This document shows, one piece after another, positions 53,347 through 64,000 of a DNA stretch of 64,000 bases. Below the pieces are notes generated by a model. That model was not told the origin of the DNA. It made no database searches and saw nothing but the letters and a program-made list of their open reading frames with translations. The first letter of the stretch is position 1; every line of letters begins with the position of its first letter. Position numbers and translations under genes: made by a program. This DNA is from Eledone cirrhosa (taxonomy: Eukaryota), in assembly GCA_964016885.1 (NCBI GenBank), contig OZ024742.1, positions 2,604,001 through 2,668,000 on the forward strand. The letters are read 5' to 3'.

Positions 53347-56300
53347 AGTGGCTTGTCTAAATGCGTGTGGCCTGGGCTCATATTGGAAGCAAGCAAAACT
53401 TCTAAATGATCTCAGGTCACGCTGTATAAATGTGATGGTCATTTGCGAGGCCCGGATCAGCAGCGTGCGCCAGCTAGCCCCCACCTTTGACGACTTTGAG
53501 ATACACGCATCTCTCTGTCAGCCCGGAGGTGGGAGTGAGGTTGTCGTTCTGCTGCAAAAACATCTGGGTCTCGCCGCACAGACAGTACACCTGGAACCGT
53601 AGGGTCGACTGGTGGTTTTAGACGTTGGCTGTGGTGAAGGCGTAGCCTTTAGGCTGATCGCCGCCTACGCCCCTTTTGAGTCAGCGCGGCTGGACTTCTT
53701 CCAACGTCTGGAGACTTTTCTAGGGACGTCCCGCTCCTTGCTTTTAGTGGGGGACTGGAATGGTATCCTAGATGCACGTTGGGACTATGTAGGGGGGCAT
53801 GTCCTGATAGAAGGGGTTGTAACAGCCTCAAGGGGTTAATCGGCCTATTCGATCTGGCCGGTAGATATCGACTAGATTTTCCAACTGTGCTAACCTGGAC
53901 TTGGACAAACCATAGCGGTCAACCTAGATCGTACCTAGATAGGTTCTTAGTTAGAAATAAGGATATGGACTTTTTAAATTGTCCAGAAATGCTCATGGTT
54001 GGCTATTCAGACCACAAGTTAGTGACTTCCATGGTCAACCTTGATAGAACGCATAGACAGGGACCCGGTTACTGGAAGCTCAACTTGTCCTTACCGGCAA
54101 GTAAAGCTTACAGGGACCGGATTAGTACTTTAGTTAAGGAGCGGTTGACGGGCGCCATCGTCAACTGCAGGTGGTGGGGCTCTCTCAAAAGAGAGATTAG
54201 AGTAGCTTCAATAGGAGTTAGTAAGGAGTTAGCCTCAGATAGAAATAGGAAGGAAAGGGAGTTGGTAGATAGTGTAGCCGAGGCAATTAGAAGCGGCGAC
54301 GTAGCCAGAGTGCTAGCGTCGAGAACGGCCTTGGGCCAGTTCTTCAAAGCGAAACACGAAGGCTGCGTTGTCCGAAGCAAAATACGTGCTCTGGGAAACG
54401 AGGGGACCAAAGCTGTTAGCTGGGCCCGCGAGACAGAAGCCAAAAGTGGGATTAGATCCACTATCCGGTCTTTGCGAGACCAGGATGGACGGGTGATCCT
54501 TGACTTAAGCAGATGTGCGATGCCTTTCAAAGGCACTTTGGCCGATTGTTCGGAAGGGGCGATAGACCGGATGGGGATGTGGACCTCGGTCCATACCGCG
54601 ACGGCCTGCCGCGTCTTTCGGACAAGGAGGCGAAGTCCTGTAAGAGGCCGATCTCAGCTACTGAAATAGGGGGCGTGCTGAGCCAATGCGGCAGACGCAA
54701 ATCTCCGGGCCTCGATGGTCTTCCATACGAACTGTATTTAAGTATGCCGGCTTTGTTCTTCGATCTCCTCGAGGCGGTCTACTGCAACTGGCAACAGAAC
54801 GGGAGAATTCCCTGTTCTGTGACCAACGACGTAGTCTCGTTAGTGAGGAAGGACGCGAACAAGAGGGATGAAATAAGTAATTTTAGGCCCATAACTCTGC
54901 TAAATGGAGAGTTAAAGATTTTGGCCAAGGTGTTAGCAAAGAGGTTGGCGCTTGTCGTGGGCAACGTGGTGAGAGATGCGCAGACATGCGCCATCCCGTC
55001 CAGGTCCATTCACAACAACCTCCATCTCATGCGATACATCATAGAGAGGGTTAATAACGAACCCGGCTTTGGTGGGGCGCTGATCAACTTGGATCAATCT
55101 AAGGCGTTCAATAGGGTTGACCATCGTTACCTGGATGCGGTGCTAGTGGCGGCAGGTTTCGGACCCGTTTTCAGGGGTTGGATCACTGCCATGCACAGCA
55201 GCCGCATCTGCTCTAGGCTCAAGGTGAACGGCTACCTCTCGGAGCCGTTCGAAATCACGCGGTCCATCCGACAGGGATGCCATCTCTCTTCCCTTCTGTA
55301 TGTATTGGCCCTAGAGCCACTGCTGCGAAAGTTGGAGTTGTTACAGGACATCCCTTTGGAACCGGGATTGCGGAAAGCGGTGTCGGCCTACGCCGATGAC
55401 GTGACAGTAATGGTGTCAACCGCCTCGGAAATCGGGGTGATCGGCACCTTACTGGAGGAATACGAAAAGTTTACAGGGGCTAAGCTGAACCGGGACAAGT
55501 CAGTCGCTTTGCAACTCGGCGAGTGGAGTGACAAACCGATCGCCTCCAACGGCATCGTCGGACGTTGGACGGAGGGCCCGGTGAAGTTGCTCGGGGTCTG
55601 GTTCGGGCCAGACCTCCAGGTGGAGAAGTGGGCTGAGTGCAAACTATCCCTGAAAGGTCGGGCGGAGGTGGCGAACGCTTATATAGTGTCCGTCATCTAT
55701 TACCGCCTGACCGTCGTGCCTTGCCCAAGGGAAACGCTCACCAAAATGGAGCGCGCACTCTTCCAATTCCTTTGGAAGAAGCGGGCTCCTTTGGTGAGGA
55801 GATCCATCTGCTGTCAACACCCTTCGAAAGGAGGGCTGGAGATGCCGTGGATGCTGATGCGTAAACACGCATTAAGGCTACGGCACCTCCAGGTATTCCT
55901 CACCGGTCAACCGGTGTGGGCCCCGTTTGTGAGGCGAGCTTTTAAGAGACTCGTCTCGCTCACCGAGCTGCAGTCCTGGGTCAAGCAAAGACCGAGAAAA
56001 CTGGGCGCCTGGCACACCGAGTGTGCCCAGATGCTCAAGGCTCTCTGGCAGGCGGACCCGGCTATCTGTGGAGACTCTACCTCGTCATTCTATAGAGGGC
56101 TGGCGGTTAGTAGGTGCGACGACGCCCTCGGACAAGCCCTATGCATGGAAGAAGACGAACTGGCCAGCCTATTCGGGAGGACATTTGGGCCGGGACCTAT
56201 GGACAACTTCCAGAAGTGTCTGGTCTGGCAGTGCTACCGAGGGGCGCTGCCCGTTCGAGAAAAGCTCTATAGACACGGGAGCCCGGGTAGGGATCCCTCG

Positions 56301-56716
56301 AAAAGGATCTGTCCCAGATTCGTGCGCGATGAGGAAACCGTTGCGCACGCATTGGTACATTGCTCGGGCGTTGCCGATCTGTGGGGCTATGTCGAACGAC
56401 TGCTGTCACGGGTGGGACCAATCCGGTTGACCACCGAGTCCATTGTAACGATCAAGCCGCCTCCCCCCTTCAAAAATGAAGGATGAAGGAGAGGCGGTCT
56501 TCCTCTGTGTAATAGCCATGGTGGACACGTTTGAAAGGGCTGAGGTCGGATACCTTTCTCTCCGGCCAACAACTGGTCCTTTTCTTTAAATACCATTTTA
56601 AGAGAAGGATCAGAATGGAGAGAGAGGTGCTCTACCCCAGGAAGTTTTATGAAAGGTGGGTGAAAGTAGCGAGAATGGCCCGTGTGAATGGACCTTCTCT
56701 CTTTATCAGCCTGTAG
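53332..56716 (+). pseudogene. ORF2 APE-RT (disrupted)
   Basis: ORFs 53147..53602, 53779..54669, 54513..56486 and 56531..56716; YADD motif. Confidence 0.92.
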
Positions 56717-56946
56717 GTGGAAAGATGGAAGTTCAAAGGAGCACCCCCTCTCTGTGCTCCCAAAGAAAAGGGTTGCACACTTTTTCGGGGAGGGAGTTGT
56801 AACCCTCAAAACGCTTCCTCCCTATTGAGGACTGTATTGTTAATTTTATTTGTTATTTGTTTTTTTACTCGTTCCTTAATGTAAACTCCCCTCCCCCTTG
56901 TATTTGACCCCTTCTTTTGTGCTCTCGTGGCAAATAAATAGAAACA

Positions 56947-57028
<82 letters not shown>
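56947..57028. repeat. (TATC)n microsatellite, ~20 units, at the LINE 3' end
   Basis: Direct inspection. Confidence 0.97.
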
Positions 57029-57585
57029 ACAATCTATCTATTTACTACAAAAACTCTGTGGTTGTGTGCTTGTCTGTAGTTTAATACAGCCAAAACGGCG
57101 CATAATGTGATAATACTGTGAAAGGAAATTGCCTCTTAAATGGGAATACAAATGGAATAAAACAAGATTCGCAAATAATCAGGGTACGGGTTCTCGAGAT
57201 ATGGGGTTTTTCCGGGTATTTTGTTAGATAAAGAGGGAAAACGATAGAGAAAAAGAGATAGTGGTTGTGAGAGAGAAGATTGAAAGAAAGACATATATAT
57301 AGAGAGAAGGAGACAGTGAAGGAAATGGAAGAGAGGGAGAGAGAGAGAGTGTGTGTGAGAGAGGGAGAGAGAGAGCTGGTGGTGTTATTGAATGACATTA
57401 TAACAGGTGACTCCAAAGAATCGAATATATCATTACTGTATCTAACTAAAGTTTTGTGACTTGATATTAAGCCATATGTATCATATAACTTGTGTTAGGA
57501 CAGGATGTGTGTAACGAATATTTCCTGCTAAATAGGAATGGTTTCTAAGTTTGTGTGTATATGCGTGTGTGTGTGTGTGTATATT

Positions 57586-57618
<33 letters not shown>

Positions 57619-57676
57619 CAATATATGCGTGTGTTTCCGTGACCTGTGTGTATATAGGGCACAGACATCCGCATAT

Positions 57677-57722
<46 letters not shown>

Positions 57723-57937
57723 TCATTTTACATTATATACATGTCTGTATATTTTGATGTTTTTTAAAATTATTTTTAAGTGAACATGATTTAAAAAAAT
57801 ATGTTTTCAAGTGAACGTGATCCAACGGGTCACGGGTGTTTTAGTATATATATATATATATTTTTTCAGGTTATGTAACTGTTATTGAAACACGTGTCAA
57901 TACATTCCTTTTAACTGAACCGTATCCATTTAAATCC

Positions 57938-57983
<46 letters not shown>

Positions 57984-58022
57984 ATATTAAATAAATGGAA
58001 ACTATATATATAAAACCATATT

Positions 58023-58083
58023 TATTCTATTATATATATTTCAAGGGTACCAAAACTTTGGTACGCCCTCATCAGATAAAGTA
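58023..58083 (-). ncRNA. Type I hammerhead at the Naiad 3' tail
   Basis: TACTTTAT-CTGATGA-GGGCGTACCAAAGTTTTGGTACCCTT-GAAAT-ATAT-ATA-ATAGAATA. Confidence 0.85.
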
Positions 58084-61054
58084 CAAAGTTTGTTTTATAA
58101 ATATTGACATATCCAGGAAGAAGATCTTAACGGTTCAAGTTTTTCCTGGATAGTAAAATTATTAAGATGAGTATGCAAATGCGTTTGAGGTATAGGGCTG
58201 AAAAAAACGTTATTTTTAGGCGCTAGGTAGATTTACATGATTATTAAGATATATGTATGTATGTGTCGGAAAAAGAAAGAGAAAGAAAGAAGAGCTTGTA
58301 TTTATGTGAATTTTAAAAGAATTAACAGTTTGTAGGAATGGTAGAATATGATTCCAGAATAAAAAAAATTATTTAGCTAATATTGTATATATAATCAATT
58401 AGATTATATGAAGAATTATGGTTGTAAGTACATTTTATCTTATTACATTACAACAGGTTGTAAGTATATAAATATCTATATAGATTAATAATTGTGCAAG
58501 TATAAGTATTATTGGTGATTTTATAGAAATAAACCACAATTATTAATTGTTTATATTTCTCATATGAGTTACGAAGGACGTTGATTTTACATTTTACATT
58601 AACAAAATTTAAGTAAAAGACGTAGTTCAAGTTGTAAGAGGAGAACAATTTGTAGATTCAAATATTTTGTTCCAACATTGAAAATGTTTTCAGAATATTG
58701 TTAATTTAGCGAAGTTATATAGTTTATCATACAAGTTATCATGTCTATGTTTGCTCCATTGTAAAGGAAAAGATAACTCCAATATTATTTGCTAACCATT
58801 AAATGTGATGAATGATTTGCTTAGAAAGTATGTAGAGAAAATTATATATTATTTTGTGTGAGATTATAAGGTATTTATATTATATGTTTTTCAAGGAGGA
58901 GAATTTCAATTACATATTATTTACGTCGAAAGATGTGTGAAAAGTTTGAAGATTAAAGAGAAGAAAAATGTATTATTAGATAAGTCAAGAGTGCATTTCG
59001 AAGAACTATCGTAAAGAGGATATATTTTAGAATGTCAATTAAAGAGTATCAATCTACATCTAAAAAATAGATTAACAAGAATATCATTAGGAAAGGAATA
59101 TCAAATGGTAAAAAAACTAAATTTAAGAAAGAATTTCATTTTAAAATGTTTAAATTTTTAAAGAAAAACTCAGTAAATAATAGGATCATTTTAAAGGTGT
59201 ATAAGATATAGTCAAGTGTAAAGAATATCATAGATTAAAAATACTTCGGAAAGTGGAATTTTGGTGATGTCTGCAACTAGAAAATTATTCTGTTTTTAAA
59301 TTAATAGAGTTTTGACAGTTAATTATATAAAAAATTTCCTCGATACACAAATGACAGAGAAAGCCGTATTTCGGTATGCAGGTGCTTTCGAAATCGTTTC
59401 ACAAGATATTGAATAGTCTATATTGTTGTCCTTTAAATTCCAAATTAGATGTGAAAGTGAAGTGGAAGATTTTTTATCGGACTTATTAAATGTATGTTTG
59501 TGGTTGTACCAGCGTTCTTTGAAATTTGTAGAAGTGGCACCAATATAGTTAAATATTTTTCTCTCTAGTTTTAACAGTGCATTTATAAATTACGTTTTTG
59601 TCTAAGCAGTTATTTTGTAAAGGGCAGTTTGATTTAATTCTACAGTTACATTTTCTGGAGTTGTTACTAGGAACGGTACTATTATTATGAATATTGTTGT
59701 TAGAAATATTATTATTGCTATCGTGGTTTGTTTGGTTAGGGTTTAAATTTAAGTTTCTATTATTAATTCTATTCATATTTTGTGCTATGTTCATAGTAGT
59801 AGAGTAGGATAGTTTTATAATGTGTCTGTTAAAAATAGAGTGGTATCTGTGGGCTTTAGGAAAACACTTATCTAGTGCTTTAAAAAAAGCTTTGCTAAAG
59901 GTGTTTTAACGCCTAATGAGAATAGGGGAGAGTACCAAATAATATTCCTAGTTCTAGTTTTTTTGTTTGGTTTACTATTTAAGTTGAATTGTTTATTGTT
60001 ATTATAATGTATTCTAGGATGATTTGTCATGTTATTGTTATCTACGTATTTAATTTTATTCGAGTATCCTGCTCTATGTAAAGCCTCATTGTAATATTCT
60101 GCCTTATCATCAAACATATTTTTATTAGCAGAGATGCGTGAAATTCGTTGCTGGACGCTATTGACAATAGTGTTTTTTATATTTCTAGGATGATTAGAAT
60201 TGAAACTTACGTAATTTAGGTTTTCGTTAATTTTATGGAATGGATAATAAAGACCTGAGCTAAAGTTTAAGGTTACATCTAAGAAGTTAACGATTTTGTA
60301 ATTATTCTCGATTTCTAAATTAAGGTTGTAGTTGTTGAAAAACTGTATAAAATTTCACTATTGCTATGTTTTTCAATTAAAAGTAACATATTGTCGCGGT
60401 ATAAACCTCAGGGCATCTCTGACATTTTTCTATGCAGTACATTATTAATAAATAATCCAACGAGGTCTGTTACTTGCGCTGAGTCAGATGATCCCACAGT
60501 GATATCAAAATTGTTTTTTCTGTCGGCTCTTGTTTAGAGATGATTATTAAATTCTATTAGGGTTTTGCGTGCTGTTAGAATGATATTCATTTCTTCACTA
60601 GATAGGACTGTATGTTTAGAAGCGTAGATAAGTGCCTTATTAAGTAAGCTAGGGGTAATAGAGGAATAGTAATTTGCAATATCCATTTGAATGAAATTTT
60701 TCTTATGTTTTAATTTTATGTTTTTAAAACAATCTATTACTTCGTTAGTACCGTTCCATAGTTTAAGGTGTGATTTTTCTTTAAGTAGTGGTATAATTCT
60801 ATTTAGTATATGCTTGCCAATTATGCCTAAGTCAGATTTAGATGGTGCGATGAGTCTGACTGGTAGTTCAACTTCAAAATTTCTTTTGTGGTCCTTCAAG
60901 TTAATCTTCGGCTTTCTAGGTATAAAGGGTTCAGTCCTATTTTGGCTGCCTAATTTATAAATAATTTCCGAAGCTTCTCTATTTAGGGTTGAAAGATCTT
61001 CATTTGATGTCCTTTTGTAGTTTTTCCTGAGTTCTTTCAGTATTAGGTTATTAT

Positions 61055-61502
61055 TGTGGATTGGCAGTATCGGTAGAAGGTCGGACGCGATGCTTTCCAG
61101 CATAGTTGCGTCCCTTTACGATCTGAGTTCAAATCCCGCCAAGGTTGACTTTGCCTTTCATCCTTACGGGGTCGATAAAATAAAGTACCAGTAATGCACT
61201 GGGTAATTGCTGGCCTTGTGCCTAAAGTAGAAACAATTAATTAATATATATCTATATACATAACCGTTATTTTAATTTTTATAACAATAACTACTTCAAA
61301 AGCTTTATATACTTAATACGTTGACAATAACTAACTTCATTAAATATTACATTTAGGAAAATATTCAACAGTGTAAACTTTCCTTAATAATAGCCAGTTA
61401 AACCCTTTTAATCTTATCATCAAAAAATTCAGAAGCTTAGAAATGTTAACATACTTATAAAATTTACAAAACTTGCTGGCCTTGTGCCTAAAGTAGAAAC
61501 GA
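61055..61502 (+). mobile_element. SINE plus ~235-bp spacer plus second SINE tail
   Basis: SINE ~61056-61238, tail fragment 61473-61502; TTATTAT on both sides (61048-61054 and 61503-61509). Confidence 0.85.
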
Positions 61503-61745
61503 TTATTATACTCGTCCTTTTCCATACCATATAAATTATTGGTTTTGTCAGATTTTACAAGGATCTTCTTTGTTTTTTCTAGATTGTCTATTTTATTCTT
61601 GAAGCCTTTAATGTACTCCTGGCCGATAAATTGGTTTCTTTTAAATTTAATGTTTTGTATGATGGAGGTTATTTCGTCGAGTGCTTCGAATCAGTTATAA
61701 ACATTTATATTTGTTGAATTACCAACAAATTAAATATCCCCTTTG

Positions 61746-61778
<33 letters not shown>

Positions 61779-62444
61779 CTGCTTCCTATATATATATTTA
61801 TTTATTTTCAAATTACACAAATTATATTAATTATTTTATTTTATTATATTATTTATTTATTTTCTGTTTTCTTCAATTATTGCCTTATATTTCTTCATAT
61901 ACACGAAAGACCCCCCCCCCACCACTACGATGGTGGCGGGTGGGAGGAAGAGAAAACACAAACAAACTGGATACTTCTAAATTGTTAGCAGCAGCAAGAT
62001 ATAAGCTGACCACTACAACAACAACAGTACCAAAATAATGGTGGAGGTCAAATGTACTGAACAATAGCAGGCAAAAACACTACAGGGAGACTCACCCCAG
62101 AAAGAATTCTATAGACTTCTGACTGAGGAATGCTCTCAGAACTGAACAATGGGAAGTTTGACACATTTTTTGATATTTTGTTCCTTCAACACCTTGTCCC
62201 TTCTACCATTTTATCAATTTTTAAGCTAACTCCAACAATAACAACACTTAGAATGAAGAATGTTCTAATAACTGACCAATGAGAGGAGAAGGGGACCTGT
62301 GACACGAAAATTCGTTTGTTTGAATTCATATGACTCCAGTTCCCCAGTGAATTAACAACCCAACAAGGAACTGGGCATATCAGAGTATTGAGAATATCAT
62401 ACACCTAAACAACATATGTACTTGTCTATACCATACTAATTCAA

Positions 62445-62499
62445 ACTGCCTGAAGAGGTCACAGCCAAAGATGGCTGTCACTGAAATATATATAGCAGT
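62445..62499 (+). ncRNA. Complete type I hammerhead ribozyme
   Basis: ACTGC-CTGAAGA-GGTCACAGCCA-AAGA-TGGCTGTCACT-GAAAT-ATAT-ATA-GCAGT; ~150 nt upstream of (TA)n. Confidence 0.87.
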
Positions 62500-62645
62500 A
62501 ATAAACGAAGCTAAATTTTAATCATTTGACTTTTATTTAACTTTATTTTACACTACTCCGGAGTAACCAAACCAACCTGCGCACTTCGTCGAGTGCTCCA
62601 GCCTGCATACTGAGGTGTTGGTATACAACCAACATAAACTCAAAA

Positions 62646-62712
<67 letters not shown>

Positions 62713-63292
62713 GTATATAGAAAAGCTTCTACAGGAATAGAACTGTTTCATTCGTGAGAAATCATTGACTAAGAACCACACACAATTCATATAAATCACC
62801 AGAAAAAACATGACAGCTGCGGCATATATGTATCCACTTGTATGTATATATATGTGTGTATGTGTATGTATGTGAATGTATGTGTATGTATATGAGTGTA
62901 TGTATATGTATCCGTATGTATGTGTGTATATGTGTATGTATATATACATGTTTATACATGTATGTGTCTGTGTATGAATGTGCATGTGAGTATATGTATA
63001 CGCATGTATGTATGTGTGTGTATGTGTGTATGTGTATGTGTGTGTATGTGTGTATGTGAGTGTATGTATATATGTGTGTATATATGTGTATGTATTTGAG
63101 TGTATGTATATGTATGTATATGTATGTATGTGTGTATATATGTGTATGTGTGTATTTGAGTGTCTGTATGTATATGTGTATATATATATGTGTGTGTGTG
63201 TCTGTTTCTCTGACATTAACTGTCAATTCACGTAGAGAATTAACCACAGCCTCACACGTCTTCTCATCATTACCTCCTTTCTTTTGTAATAA

Positions 63293-63905
<613 letters not shown>

Positions 63906-63942
63906 ATCACCAACAACTAGAGTGCTCATGCACCGTTAAAAG

Positions 63943-64000
63943 ATAATTGTTTCTACGTTAGGCACAAGGCCAGCAATTACCCAGTGTATTACTGGTACTT
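63943..64000 (-). mobile_element. SINE 3' end, cut by the window edge
   Basis: Reverse complement of the SINE tail, as at 30291. Confidence 0.85.

Larger units (their letters stand above)
51241..56946 (+). mobile_element. Tx1/L1-clade LINE, copy 3
   Basis: 5' end TAGACGTGTGTTACTTC resembles copy 1 TAGACGTGATTTACTTC; 3' end GTGGCAAATAAATAGAAA followed by (TATC)n. Confidence 0.93.
57980..61745 (-). mobile_element. Naiad-like Penelope element, interrupted by a SINE composite
   Basis: VKSDKTNNLY, KDHKRNF..VRLIAPSKSDLG, MDIANYYSSI, FDITVGSSDSAQVTDLVG, GLYRD, RNIIWYSPLFS, CNCRIKSNCPLQNNC, YIGAT; coding remnant ~59230-61740; ~1.2-kb AT-rich tail. Confidence 0.9.

Overview
Repeat-dominated, AT-rich eukaryotic DNA; the tRNA-derived SINE and dense (TA)n/(CA)n tracts suggest a cephalopod/Octopus-like mollusc (inference). 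No host protein-coding gene is supported; most short ORFs are microsatellite artefacts. Contents: (1) a 74-bp satellite (1-11171) built almost entirely of inverted repeats, with a ~2.14 kb higher-order repeat and flipped hairpin loops; (2) several degraded Penelope-like elements (PLEs): one Neptune-like, two Naiad-like, and fragments; (3) about ten short fold-back insertions in (TA)n tracts, many carrying type I hammerhead ribozyme (HHR) folds; (4) three Tx1/L1-clade LINEs inserted at TATC in the same CT-rich minisatellite, two head-to-tail; (5) five SINE copies. Best leads: the HHR fold-back (TA)n insertion system, an in-register T TTT TTA -1 frameshift joining an ORF1 to the RT-GIY-YIG ORF of the Neptune-like PLE, the branched-hairpin satellite, and Tx1 target specificity. 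All folds and alignments were done by eye; boundaries are approximate.
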